Positions 11,040-21,077 of a stretch of DNA of 64,000 bases are shown here, piece by piece. A program made the position numbers and the translations under genes. The stretch is from a virus (taxonomy: Duplodnaviria > Heunggongvirae > Uroviricota > Caudoviricetes): the IMG/VR virus record IMGVR_UViG_3300042256_000013, positions 160,001 to 224,000 of that record; one strand, written 5' to 3'. Under the pieces are notes generated by a model. It made no database searches and had not been told where the DNA came from. It saw only the letters and a list, made by a program, of their open reading frames with translations. Each line of letters opens with the position of its first letter. Positions within the stretch are counted from its first letter, which is position 1.

Positions 11040-11687
11040 TTATTTTAGGATCTTCAGAACCTTAGCGATTTTGTTTTCGTTTTCAGAAAGCCATTGATTC
11101 ATTTCTTTCTTAGAATTAAAGTACTTATTACCTACAGTACCTTTAACACTTTCAAGTTGAATACCAATACGTTTAGGTTTAGCAGATTCTTTCATCTCAC
11201 GATCCATTGGAGTTGGTTCTGGTAAATCACCAGCATCATCAAATCCTGCATCATCTTCGAAATCAAAATCACCTTCTGGTGTATCTACATCAACAGATAC
11301 ATCATCAGTACCAAAATCATCACCTAAATCTGCAACATCTGGAGAACTTGTAATGTCACCAGTTAGTTTTAGAGTTTCAGTACTAATCTTGTCTTTAACA
11401 TCCATAATTGTTTTTACTGCATGATCAAGAAGACCACTAATATTATTACGGAATGATTCTGCTGCTTCAACACCATGTTCAGCTTTAATACGGTCCAATA
11501 GTGGTCCAAGTACGTCAACACCCATGTTGTTGATTACTTCTGCTTGACGTTGAAGTTTATCTACGATTTCACCCTTAACTGCTAGTACAATTTCAGCTTT
11601 CTCAATGTTTGATTCATTTAGTTGAACAAACGTTAGAGCTTCAACGCGACTGCCGGATTCCATCATTTTTTGAAATTGTTTTGACAT
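11040..11687 (-). CDS. Hypothetical acidic protein (possible prohead core)
   Basis: LNES and MKES motifs, acidic linker. Confidence 0.6.
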   Translation of the reverse strand: MSKQFQKMMESGSRVEALTFVQLNESNIEKAEIVLAVKGEIVDKLQRQAEVINNMGVDVLGPLLDRIKAEHGVEAAESFRNNISGLLDHAVKTIMDVKDKISTETLKLTGDITSSPDVADLGDDFGTDDVSVDVDTPEGDFDFEDDAGFDDAGDLPEPTPMDREMKESAKPKRIGIQLESVKGTVGNKYFNSKKEMNQWLSENENKIAKVLKILK

Positions 11688-11718
11688 TATTATTTCCTTA
11701 TAAATGAAATTTATATCC

Positions 11719-12555
11719 TTATTTAGTTATGAATCCTTCTTCTTTTAAGAAGTTCAATACTCTTACTTTCAAGTCTTGGGCTTTTTTCTTGTGTTCAGCA
11801 ATAACTGTATCAAGTTCTTGAGCCTTATCGTACTTAGATTCTTTAAGTACGCTTTGACGTTCTTTAGCAGCTTTAATAGCTTCCTTAACAACGGTAGTGT
11901 ATTGAATACCAGAACTAATGATACCAAGTACTTTAGTATCAGTTAAGGTTTTACCAGCGTTTAGTAGATTGCGTAATGCTAAAGCTGATTCATACATCAT
12001 AATATTGTCAAGAACAATTTGATTTGTTGCTAAACACTTTATGCTATATGTTTTAGCATTCTTCATACCAAGCACTGATTCTTCAATAATTCCCCAATTC
12101 ATTCCTGGAACGTATGGACGATTTTGTTGTACAGGTGCTGAAGCCTGAGATTGCTGTTGTTTGGTTTGTGGTCTTACTTGACGCATACTAACGGCGATAG
12201 GATCTTCAATGAAGTTCTCGCCTTCTTGTGGTTCATAATAACCATAAATGTTATCATAATCATTATCATCAGAATCAAAATGAACATATTCTTGACCATA
12301 AAATGATTCTTCATGAATATTACCATATTCTCCGGTCAGTTCTTGTAGACCATTTAAAAGGTTTTTAGTTTCAGATAAATTTTGATCACGATTTTGTGAA
12401 TTAATTTGACTGATTATATCACCGCCAGGTGTTCCAGTTCGAATTGCAGTAGTTACTGCTCGACCTTCTTCAATATCATCAAATGCTGACATAATATCAG
12501 ACATTAAATCAACACCTTGTTTACGTTGTTCGTATTCTCCGTAATCGTCACTCAT
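11719..12555 (-). CDS. Hypothetical protein
   Basis: 278-aa ORF in late operon. Confidence 0.65.
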   Translation of the reverse strand: MSDDYGEYEQRKQGVDLMSDIMSAFDDIEEGRAVTTAIRTGTPGGDIISQINSQNRDQNLSETKNLLNGLQELTGEYGNIHEESFYGQEYVHFDSDDNDYDNIYGYYEPQEGENFIEDPIAVSMRQVRPQTKQQQSQASAPVQQNRPYVPGMNWGIIEESVLGMKNAKTYSIKCLATNQIVLDNIMMYESALALRNLLNAGKTLTDTKVLGIISSGIQYTTVVKEAIKAAKERQSVLKESKYDKAQELDTVIAEHKKKAQDLKVRVLNFLKEEGFITK

Positions 12556-12770
12556 TGCTTACTCCTTTTAATCGATACAAAATATTCAGTTCCATCTTTT
12601 TCTATCTTATTTAGAACTCCACGAGAGATGAGTTTATTCCCCAACTCTCGATAATATTCACCAAAGTATTCTGCTGGCATCTCAATATTTGCATCAATTT
12701 TCTTAATGAGACGGTATTCTTCATTTGATACAATTATAGTAAAACCTTTATTTGTACCTACCGTTCTCAT
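12552..12770 (-). CDS. Hypothetical protein
   Basis: 72-aa ORF overlapping both neighbours. Confidence 0.6.
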   Translation of the reverse strand: MRTVGTNKGFTIIVSNEEYRLIKKIDANIEMPAEYFGEYYRELGNKLISRGVLNKIEKDGTEYFVSIKRSKQ

Positions 12771-13696
12771 TATCTACCTCTCATTCTTGAACAAAAGTCT
12801 ATGATCTGAGATAATATTTCATCAGCATCATGCATACCTTCATTACCTTGTGGTGATTCTTCACCTGTAGTATCTTCTGAACCTTCAATATCACCAATAG
12901 CTTGTGATAATCTACCTAGACTTGGATTTTCATGAGTTAGTGGAGAAGATTGTTGTTCAATACTTCTTTGTTGTTCTGGAGCCATAATAGCACCTTCACT
13001 GTTGTCCAATTCATCGTGTTCATCATCTTCTTGTACTGGTTCAATATCATCTAACCCAAATACATTTACTTGATTTGATTTTGATGGGTCTTTTGTAACT
13101 ACTAAACTTTTATCAGGAGTTGGTCCAATATCTACACCAACAACGTTAGCAAGTTCAGTACTACCAGCTTGGTTTCCTGGAACAGAAACTTTAAAGTTAG
13201 TATTGGACGCATTACGTTGTAAATCTGCTTGTTTCATCTTGATAGCAGTTTGTGGATTTACTTGAGATTGCTGTTGTGCAGTATTTTGTTTATTGATTTG
13301 GTTCGCATTTAATTGTGAAGTTAAATCTTCATTTAATTCATCAAATACTAAAGTTTTAATTTCAGCTAATGTTAAGTGAGAATTCTCACGCAACGCAAAA
13401 GAGCAATTTGCTTTATAGAAATCTTCCAGTTCTGAAACTGTAAGTCCGTTAAGTGCGTTAACTTCTGCTGATTCATTAATCTTATTAGAAGCGAAAAGTT
13501 TATAATTCTCGCTCATTTGTGCTTTGTACTTCTGTAGTAGCTGCATGATAGTTCGATTATCCGAATTATCCATTGCCTGGTTAATTTCTACAAAATCGCC
13601 ACCATCCATAGCACTCAGAACTTGATTTACTTCCATTTGTAAACCATTCGCGTCAGCGAATTTTTGAAGCTCTTGTGCAGTTTGTTGTATATCCAT
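12770..13696 (-). CDS. Hypothetical protein (possible internal head protein)
   Basis: INES/LNED motifs; RBS ggag; GATAAATA at 13736-13743. Confidence 0.6.
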   Translation of the reverse strand: MDIQQTAQELQKFADANGLQMEVNQVLSAMDGGDFVEINQAMDNSDNRTIMQLLQKYKAQMSENYKLFASNKINESAEVNALNGLTVSELEDFYKANCSFALRENSHLTLAEIKTLVFDELNEDLTSQLNANQINKQNTAQQQSQVNPQTAIKMKQADLQRNASNTNFKVSVPGNQAGSTELANVVGVDIGPTPDKSLVVTKDPSKSNQVNVFGLDDIEPVQEDDEHDELDNSEGAIMAPEQQRSIEQQSSPLTHENPSLGRLSQAIGDIEGSEDTTGEESPQGNEGMHDADEILSQIIDFCSRMRGR

Positions 13697-13741
13697 ATTA
13701 TCTCCAAAAAGAAAAACCTTTTCTGTACATGAAGATATTTA

Positions 13742-14140
13742 TCATGTACGGGAAAAGGTTTGCTTAGTAATACTAATATTCCGTTCAGAGGTAGTACTAT
13801 TGAATTTAGTTAGACGTGCACCATTAACAGTAGTAGGAAGTACCAACGGTACACCAGATACTGATAATTCTACATCCATTGGTAATGCGAATTTAAACGT
13901 ACTTACAACACATTCTCCCCATGCACTAGGAAGATTGTAAAATGATGAATTGTTATTTTTACTCAAGTCAACTTCAGTTTTTACTACACTCACCATCATT
14001 GGTCGGTCGAATACCATAACACATTCCAGCAATCTTGACAAATTCATTGCACCAGTAAATTCTCCATTAACAATTGTTGGAGTACTACCATCACCAATAT
14101 CAATTACAGTATTGATTGTGTAAAATGTATAAGAAATCAT
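13742..14140 (-). CDS. Hypothetical protein
   Basis: 132-aa ORF. Confidence 0.6.
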   Translation of the reverse strand: MISYTFYTINTVIDIGDGSTPTIVNGEFTGAMNLSRLLECVMVFDRPMMVSVVKTEVDLSKNNNSSFYNLPSAWGECVVSTFKFALPMDVELSVSGVPLVLPTTVNGARLTKFNSTTSERNISITKQTFSRT

Positions 14141-14141
14141 G

Positions 14142-14297
14142 TTAATCCTTTTTGCCTTTGTATTCTTTATAACCGAAGAAATTTGATTTAGGCATTCTTG
14201 TAATTAGTGGATAATTTAGACCACCACTAACAGATGCAATTGAACCAGAACTGGTAGCACCGGATGAAGCATTTTCATTTACTTTTTTCTTTTTCAT
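14142..14297 (-). CDS. 51-aa peptide resembling the mature N-terminus of the major capsid protein (below ORF-track cut-off)
   Basis: Own translation MKKKKVNENASSGATSSGSIASVSGGLNYPLITRMPKSNFFGYKEYKGKKD; fills the gap between flanking genes with 1-nt spacers; RBS aaggtg. Confidence 0.7.
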   Translation of the reverse strand: MKKKKVNENASSGATSSGSIASVSGGLNYPLITRMPKSNFFGYKEYKGKKD

Positions 14298-14298
14298 A

Positions 14299-14568
14299 TT
14301 ATTCACCTTTATTCTTACGTTTTTCGTCTAAGGTAAGATTTTCTAAACCCTTTTCGAATTTGCGATAGTCACGGTTTTTAATACTCAAGAACAAACGACG
14401 AGTCAGGTCGTTTGCTACTTCTTCATCAAAATCTTCATCAATACTATCTAGTAAATTGATTATCGAATTTATTGCATGATCAGCACGATTTCCTAAACTT
14501 TGTAGTTTTTCTTTGTCTGATGTATAGTTAACTATACTATCCAGAAGATTGTGCTTTTTATTCGACAT
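14299..14568 (-). CDS. Hypothetical protein
   Basis: ORF from MSNKK directly after the helicase stop. Confidence 0.65.
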   Translation of the reverse strand: MSNKKHNLLDSIVNYTSDKEKLQSLGNRADHAINSIINLLDSIDEDFDEEVANDLTRRLFLSIKNRDYRKFEKGLENLTLDEKRKNKGE

Positions 14569-14569
14569 A

Positions 14570-16075
14570 TTACATCCTACCATTCAAAAAGTTTCTCATA
14601 CTAGAAACTTTATCCTCAGTCTTTGATGTATTTATATTTTGAGATTCAGGAGTACTGTAATTTTGTACATCATCTGTACTGGTACTTGGTTTATGCGTAA
14701 CTGTTGTTAATTTATTCTGTAATGAACTCATAGCATTACCTGGAGCTTGTGGAGTACTGAAAACATTACTTTTGCCTATCATTACTTTTCCACTATGTTT
14801 GAAACCAGTATTAATTTCCATTTCCTGAACAGTATGAGGATGATCTAGTACTCTAAGTGAATCAATATCATAAGACATGATTAAACGCGAACCTACCGCT
14901 GAACTATTACGAGTTTTTTGGAAGTCAAATACCAGTTCACCACGATCTTTACGTGCATCAATGTAAATTACGTTATCAGCAGTATAAATCTTAGAGATAC
15001 CACCTGCAATTTGTGCTTGGGATTTAATATCTTCTCCAGATACACCACTACGGTTAAACTGACAAGCCGTGAATACAGTTATGTCCATTTTCATAGCAAG
15101 AGCACGAAGTTCTTCGGATACGAACTTATCTTTAACGAATGCATTAGACTTATCATTCGGACCACAACGATCAGATGTTAACAAATCGAGATAATCCACA
15201 CAAATATAGTCAAGCTTAATGCCAGTTTTGATTTGAAGTTCACGAATATAACTTTCAATGTCATTAACAGTGGTTACAGATTCAGGCAAACGATGAATAC
15301 GCAATTTACCATTACTGCGTTCCTCAATTTTGACCTTAGCAGCAGTCTCATCAATGTCAACTTTGACTCTATTCTGTGCAGTGTTAACCATCATACCATA
15401 GATACGAACAGCAACTAATTCTGATGCCAGTTCAAGTGTAATGTATGCACCATTAAGTCCAGCTTTACTGAAGTTCACGGCTAAGTTTTGGAGCACTACT
15501 GACTTACCACCACCGGAGGCTGCTGCGAAGATTTCTAATTCTTGCTTACCGAAACCACCAAACAGTTTATAGTCAAAAGTTTCCCAACCAGATTTGAATG
15601 TACCTTGTTGATCTGCCAATTTACGAATTACTGCTTCTGGATCTTCATAAATGTCAAGACCAATATCATTCTGTACAGTTACTAACATAGCTTCACGAAT
15701 AAGTTCTTCGATTCCACCATATCTTTTTTGGTTTACAAGTTCCATCCCTTGCTGAATTGCTTGAGCAAGAGCTTTATGACGACAAAATTCACCAATACTA
15801 TCAAGTACTGCTTGTTGATTCAAGTTAGGTACAATAGTTTCAGAATATGAAAAATCTGCATTGTGTTTAATGTCATTAAGTGTAGGGGTTACATTGTACT
15901 TAGATGAATAATCATGTACATATTGAATGCTTGAATGATATTCCTTATCGAAATAATCAGGTTTCAAAACATTCTTACAACGAACATACAAGTCCGGTGT
16001 ACTAAAAATTTGCTGTAGCAAATATAATTGATATTGAATATCGTATTTTCTAACGTCCGTGTTACTTACAATCAT
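14570..16075 (-). CDS. Replicative DnaB-type helicase (T4 gp41-like)
   Basis: Walker A AASGGGKS, YITLEL, ICVDYLDLL, FTACQFNRSG, KTRNS. Confidence 0.93.
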   Translation of the reverse strand: MIVSNTDVRKYDIQYQLYLLQQIFSTPDLYVRCKNVLKPDYFDKEYHSSIQYVHDYSSKYNVTPTLNDIKHNADFSYSETIVPNLNQQAVLDSIGEFCRHKALAQAIQQGMELVNQKRYGGIEELIREAMLVTVQNDIGLDIYEDPEAVIRKLADQQGTFKSGWETFDYKLFGGFGKQELEIFAAASGGGKSVVLQNLAVNFSKAGLNGAYITLELASELVAVRIYGMMVNTAQNRVKVDIDETAAKVKIEERSNGKLRIHRLPESVTTVNDIESYIRELQIKTGIKLDYICVDYLDLLTSDRCGPNDKSNAFVKDKFVSEELRALAMKMDITVFTACQFNRSGVSGEDIKSQAQIAGGISKIYTADNVIYIDARKDRGELVFDFQKTRNSSAVGSRLIMSYDIDSLRVLDHPHTVQEMEINTGFKHSGKVMIGKSNVFSTPQAPGNAMSSLQNKLTTVTHKPSTSTDDVQNYSTPESQNINTSKTEDKVSSMRNFLNGRM

Positions 16076-16082
16076 TTAAACC

Positions 16083-17129
16083 TCAAATCCATTTTTCAGT
16101 TTGTACTCTAATGTCGAATCTATCAGTGTATATACTTTTATGTAGTAATTGTAAACAAAACAATCTTCCATACTTAGCACATGCTTCATCAAAATCCTTA
16201 ATGTGACGAATTCCCTCTCCGTCACGAACCGCACCAAAATCAGGTAATGCTACACTGAATCCGTGCTCAATAGCTTGTTCAATCGTAACTAATCCATCTT
16301 TATCACGATCAGGAACAATAACTATTATTTTACCACGTTCCTGAGCTTTCTTCAACAATTCAATTTGTGAAGTACTAAGGAAGTAGTTATTAGCAGATAT
16401 TCCACCCATTAACGCTGCGTCAATTGGTCCTTCTGCTACCAGAATTATTTGAACTCTGTCATCATTTAGTAAATCGAAGTTATAAAAAATGCTCGTACTC
16501 ACTTGATTACGATAGCGATATTCGCTGTTTTTATCAATGTGACGAGCAGTATAACCAATGATTTGACCATTCATGTAATACGGAATGATGAACCGTTGGA
16601 ACATGTAAAATTCTTTTGAAGGACTCCAATATAAATCTAAGTCCAATAGATACGGATTACGATCATTGACTGCATTAACAACTTTCAAGAATTCTTGAGG
16701 AATATTAGGAGAATTCACCCATTCTATGAAAGGTTTAGCGTCTGAAGGTAAATCACGCTGTACTATTTTTTGGTACAATTTTGATGCCGCAGTATCTTGT
16801 ACTTCGTAATCACCACTTTCTACCATTTCTTTTGCGATTAGTTTAATACTAATCATTTCTTTATCTGATGCACCATAAGAACGAAGCAAGGATTCCATAT
16901 CCTTGCTTATATATCTTCCTGGGGACCAAACTGTTTTTAAATGACAGTTAAAACAATTATACACAACTGAACCATCATTACGGAACATGTGATTTCCACG
17001 TCCTTTAGTGTCTGGTCTTGATTGTCCTCTTGTCACACAAGCAGGACAATTATGTTGATTCCAACGATCCATCATTGGTGCAGGATTGTGCATAATTGAT
17101 GCCATAATGTCTTGTATCTGATTCATCAT
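16083..17129 (-). CDS. DNA primase (T4 gp61-like)
   Basis: Zn finger CPAC...YNCFNC; IGYTAR; TOPRIM VAEGPIDA, PDRDKDG, KDFDE. Confidence 0.9.
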   Translation of the reverse strand: MMNQIQDIMASIMHNPAPMMDRWNQHNCPACVTRGQSRPDTKGRGNHMFRNDGSVVYNCFNCHLKTVWSPGRYISKDMESLLRSYGASDKEMISIKLIAKEMVESGDYEVQDTAASKLYQKIVQRDLPSDAKPFIEWVNSPNIPQEFLKVVNAVNDRNPYLLDLDLYWSPSKEFYMFQRFIIPYYMNGQIIGYTARHIDKNSEYRYRNQVSTSIFYNFDLLNDDRVQIILVAEGPIDAALMGGISANNYFLSTSQIELLKKAQERGKIIVIVPDRDKDGLVTIEQAIEHGFSVALPDFGAVRDGEGIRHIKDFDEACAKYGRLFCLQLLHKSIYTDRFDIRVQTEKWI

Positions 17130-17161
17130 TCATTTCCTATGTCTGTGTCAGTACTTCGAGC

Positions 17162-17190
17162 ATTATACCACATTTTTTCAAATCATTCCA
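17162..17190 (-). promoter_or_regulatory. Phage promoter TGGAAT-N17-TATAAT
   Basis: tggaat gatttgaaaaaatgtgg tataat upstream of primase. Confidence 0.78.
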
Positions 17191-17191
17191 T

Positions 17192-18163
17192 TTATCTACG
17201 AATCAAAATCTTAGGGATTGTGTTCAACGGATTGTAATCTTTCTTGATCACATTAGGTGGATAATTTTTAACAATAGGAGGAATAGCAGCTACCACACGA
17301 ACCCACATAAGTTGTCCGTGGAAATTGAATGCTCGTATTCCTTCTAATGGAATTGGAATACCATTTGGATCAAAATCATTCTCAATGTATTCTTCACCAT
17401 CAAGTTTAATAATGAACCACTTATAATCTTCTGCATCCTTTGGAGTTTCATTTAAAAGACAACCTTGTAATTGAACTCTACCAATGAAATTATTGAAATA
17501 AAATGCGATAGTACTTAAACCATCTACTAAACCATATTGAGCATCAGCCCTAATTGCAGAACTATGCAATACATCGAATTCACCAATAATACCATTAGAG
17601 ATAGGTTTATTTTCTTTATCTTTAATTGGTAGATATGATGGATTTTTGTCTTTGCTTATTTCTTCACTTGGTGTAAATGTTGGTGCAGCTAAATTGCTGA
17701 TAGTTAATTCAGCACTTGCTTCATAGTTCAAGCCAGTATATAAGTACTCTGTAGGTTCAATTAGATCTCCATCCATTGTAACCTTAGTAATACTCCAGCG
17801 GTATTTTGAACCAACACTTAAATCTTGGATAACTCCAGCAGGAACCATACATCCATAATAGACTTTAACTTTATTACTAACAGTTGGTCGTGCTTGTCCA
17901 GCTTCAGAAACCCAAGATGGTTCTATTTTGTCAAGTACTGTTTCGAAGATTCTAGTATCCGAACGTGCATCAAAGATGCTGAACACTAGATATTGATTAT
18001 CACTAATCAATGTATATTTTCCATCAGCATTATGAATAGTAAAGCTAAGTGGATTGTTTGCACCTCTATAAATGGTTAGTTTCTGTTGTGAGAAAGGCAT
18101 ATTAAAATTGCCTAAAGAAACTTCATTGTTATAAGGATACATGTAAACGCCATGATGTGCCAT
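17192..18163 (-). CDS. Hypothetical, probable virion protein
   Basis: beta-rich 323 aa; late-type CATAAATA at 18201-18208 (minus). Confidence 0.6.
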   Translation of the reverse strand: MAHHGVYMYPYNNEVSLGNFNMPFSQQKLTIYRGANNPLSFTIHNADGKYTLISDNQYLVFSIFDARSDTRIFETVLDKIEPSWVSEAGQARPTVSNKVKVYYGCMVPAGVIQDLSVGSKYRWSITKVTMDGDLIEPTEYLYTGLNYEASAELTISNLAAPTFTPSEEISKDKNPSYLPIKDKENKPISNGIIGEFDVLHSSAIRADAQYGLVDGLSTIAFYFNNFIGRVQLQGCLLNETPKDAEDYKWFIIKLDGEEYIENDFDPNGIPIPLEGIRAFNFHGQLMWVRVVAAIPPIVKNYPPNVIKKDYNPLNTIPKILIRR

Positions 18164-18173
18164 GTTAAACCTC

Positions 18174-18208
18174 TATAAATATAATATACAATTTATACAA
18201 TATTTATG
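18174..18208. promoter_or_regulatory. Divergent overlapping late-type promoters
   Basis: TATAAATA (+, 18174-18181) and CATAAATA (-, 18201-18208). Confidence 0.55.
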
Positions 18209-18216
18209 GAAGTCCT

Positions 18217-18570
18217 ATGAATGAATATAAAACATATCCGTTCGTGACAATTCTTGAACACGACGATATAATCTATTATGGGATTATCAAAATCAAAAGT
18301 AAACAATACATTACATTGTACTGCTTCTCTGAGATGGATGAATCCCTTCAAGAAGAACTGCTATTGCTGGCTAATAACTGGTGGTGGCAAAGTAATCGAA
18401 CCATTCCTATTTGTTTATTCATGCAAGAAGAAATGGAAAAATTTGAACCATATACAAAACGATTTAACACTGACCAAGTGACAATTCATAGCGGTCCAGT
18501 TATCTCATTAAGTGATCTGCCAACGAAACGCATTAAGCGTAGAAATGTTGCTCTTAAGAAGAGGAAATAA
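18217..18570 (+). CDS. Hypothetical protein
   Basis: 117 aa, WWWQSNRTIPI motif, basic C-terminus. Confidence 0.7.
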   Translation: MNEYKTYPFVTILEHDDIIYYGIIKIKSKQYITLYCFSEMDESLQEELLLLANNWWWQSNRTIPICLFMQEEMEKFEPYTKRFNTDQVTIHSGPVISLSDLPTKRIKRRNVALKKRK

Positions 18571-19204
18571 TATATTCTACAAGTGCATTTAACTGAACAA
18601 CTATCATCAAACTATAAGCGTATGCATGAGGTTTTTTGAAGTATCTTAACTTCTTACCTTCAGCATCAAGACCAATACTCTCATAATCCCATATAACTGC
18701 CCTTACCTCATCCCAACTATTCATACTTTGACACTGACGCTTACCTGGACGAATCATAGCAATAAACATTGCTAATTCATCTATACTTTTCGGTTTCCAG
18801 ACACGAAGCAATGTAATATGCTTTTTAATCTGAGATAATTCTTCAACGAATTCTGGAACTAATAATAGATCCCAATCAGGCTCTTTGTTCATTAACTCCT
18901 TTAAATGATCCCTATCACGAACATGCTCATAAGCCGATTGAGACAGAATATCAACTTTTTGGTATCCTAATCTTTCGGCTTCTTTGTATTGTATACTTGC
19001 TAATCCACTAATTGGATCTACTGGTATATTATCAAAATGAACACCACTATTGTGAGGAATCAATCCATCTTCAGTAATTTTCTCTACACTTCTGGTACAA
19101 GGAAGTTGCTCTATAACTGACTTTCCATCTTTAAAGTCAATATCAATATCAGTACGAGCTTTACGGTAATTAATAGTTTGAGAACTCTTGTGATCCGTAT
19201 CCAT
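18554..19204 (-). CDS. Miniature DNA polymerase III alpha (DnaE)-like protein
   Basis: DIDIDF, HNSGV, GYQKVDIL, IAMIRPG, FKKPHAYAY match DnaE DFDVDF, HAGGV, GLVKFDFL, ALFRPG, FNKSHSAAY. Confidence 0.75.
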   Translation of the reverse strand: MDTDHKSSQTINYRKARTDIDIDFKDGKSVIEQLPCTRSVEKITEDGLIPHNSGVHFDNIPVDPISGLASIQYKEAERLGYQKVDILSQSAYEHVRDRDHLKELMNKEPDWDLLLVPEFVEELSQIKKHITLLRVWKPKSIDELAMFIAMIRPGKRQCQSMNSWDEVRAVIWDYESIGLDAEGKKLRYFKKPHAYAYSLMIVVQLNALVEYIISSS

Positions 19205-19529
19205 TCGTTATTTCCTTTAGTCGTTGGACTTCTTGCTTCAACGTAGCAATATCATTAGCCATAATATTAATTGCAGTTGTTTGTTCTTTTAAACGTTGAC
19301 GTAAGGTGAATAATGCTTCTTCATGCTGTCCAATAAAAGTAATAGCCTGCTCAATACGTTTAGGATCAGTAACCTGAAAAGTTCTGTCACCCATCGTAAT
19401 CTCAGTAACAGTACCTTGACGCAGAATTGAAAGTTGTGAAACATTCTCTTTTAATTTCTCTTTTTCAAGAGCATTTTCTTTCTTTTCTTCTTCTGTTAAT
19501 TCTGGTTCAGAATAAATTCTGGATTTCAT
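19170..19529 (-). CDS. Coiled-coil hypothetical protein
   Basis: Heptad-rich C-terminal half. Confidence 0.6.
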   Translation of the reverse strand: MKSRIYSEPELTEEEKKENALEKEKLKENVSQLSILRQGTVTEITMGDRTFQVTDPKRIEQAITFIGQHEEALFTLRQRLKEQTTAINIMANDIATLKQEVQRLKEITNGYGSQEFSNY

Positions 19530-20245
19530 ATACCTGCCTCCGTGAGTAAATTTCGTATATCCATCACTTCATCATTGTACCTTATTTGTAAAATTTTAAA
19601 GTACGTTGGGTCAATAAATTTGACAAGATACTCTAACTCTGAATCTGAAAAACGATTCAGTAGTTTGTTACCACTTTCTGGTGAAGCAGCGTAGATAATC
19701 CACGGTGATAGTTTACCAGTTTCGAACCACAATATTGCACGTTCAGTACTAACATTTTCAAAGAAATCTGTCCATTCATTATCTGTTGCAACTCCCCATT
19801 CCACGATTGCGTTAATAGAACGCTCAATACCTCTACGTGGATGTTCATTACGAATACAGCTAATTACCCATTCTTCATATGTCTTATGAGATTTCCATTC
19901 ATAAACGGTTTTCCCACCAGTTAAGACATGCTTGATGAATTGTTCTTTATTTAGAATATCATGAGACAAAATATACTGAGCAAAATCATAGAAGTCATTA
20001 AAGTACCTTGATTTTATGAATTGCATCAATGGTTCTTCATTTTTCTTCATCTGAAATTTGTGTGCTTCCATAAACAACATATAAAGACGATAAGCTTCAC
20101 GCATTAATCTGGATTCACGATCATTATAACGATCACGTTTCACACACGCATGAGTTAGTACTGTATCTTCTCGTTTATATTCTTTGTCACAAAATCTGCA
20201 TTTAAAAGTAGGGGCTTTAGCAGCCCCTTTTTTATTTGTTGCCAT
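19526..20245 (-). CDS. Zn-finger-containing hypothetical protein
   Basis: FKCRFCDKEYKREDTVLTHAC (C2HC finger). Confidence 0.7.
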   Translation of the reverse strand: MATNKKGAAKAPTFKCRFCDKEYKREDTVLTHACVKRDRYNDRESRLMREAYRLYMLFMEAHKFQMKKNEEPLMQFIKSRYFNDFYDFAQYILSHDILNKEQFIKHVLTGGKTVYEWKSHKTYEEWVISCIRNEHPRRGIERSINAIVEWGVATDNEWTDFFENVSTERAILWFETGKLSPWIIYAASPESGNKLLNRFSDSELEYLVKFIDPTYFKILQIRYNDEVMDIRNLLTEAGI

Positions 20246-21077
20246 ATTTTTCGTTTTCTGCCTTGAATAGTTTTAAGAGAGTCTTAATCTCTTGGTCTGA
20301 ACTTCCTAAGTCTTTTAGTAGTTCTTCAAAGGTGTCTTTCGTGTAACTGGACAATAGTATTTTGTATTCTGCCTCATTCATCTGGACAGATACAGATTCT
20401 GGTTGTGTACGTTTAATAACTTCGAAGATATGTTTATCTACGTTCTTTAAACCTTTACAATGTGCCAACCAGTTATGAGCACGTTTCTGTGGTCCAATCA
20501 TTTCAGATACTGAACACATAAGTTGATAAACTAACTCAGGGTGATTCTTCATTTCCCAAAAGTTGCTATTCACCATATCATTTAACATAATCAAATGGTA
20601 CTTAATTGTAGTATTGTCAATCAATGAAATGATTTCATGTCCAGTAATGCCAAATTCAGTCATCATAAGAGCAAGAGCATCTGCTGATGCTCTATCCTGT
20701 ACGGCGAATTTGATTCTCCAGTCATATTTCGAGTGTTCATACTTAGCAGTACTGATACATAATCCATTACCAGTACCGTTGAACTCATCTTTTAGTTCAT
20801 TTAGAGCTTCTTTACCGCCAGCCGACCATTTTCCAAAAATAGCTTCAACTTTCTTTGCATTATAAGTCAATTGTACTGAATCATCAAGAGAACTAATCCA
20901 ACGTAATACGATATAAGGCTGGAAATGCTTCTTTTCTTTATCACTTAGGGTTTCATAATACCCATATTCTGCCATGTCAATCTTTTCAAGTAATAGATTC
21001 ATATCTAACTTGTGATTTGACTCTGACGCTGAATCTTCATCCGATGAAGACAATGGTAATCCGCTAAAATCGAACAT
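20232..21077 (-). CDS. Clamp-loader small subunit-like protein (T4 gp62-like) with insertion
   Basis: KHFQPYIVLRWIS...LNDMVN...HPELVYQL...HNWL pattern. Confidence 0.5.
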   Translation of the reverse strand: MFDFSGLPLSSSDEDSASESNHKLDMNLLLEKIDMAEYGYYETLSDKEKKHFQPYIVLRWISSLDDSVQLTYNAKKVEAIFGKWSAGGKEALNELKDEFNGTGNGLCISTAKYEHSKYDWRIKFAVQDRASADALALMMTEFGITGHEIISLIDNTTIKYHLIMLNDMVNSNFWEMKNHPELVYQLMCSVSEMIGPQKRAHNWLAHCKGLKNVDKHIFEVIKRTQPESVSVQMNEAEYKILLSSYTKDTFEELLKDLGSSDQEIKTLLKLFKAENEKYGNK

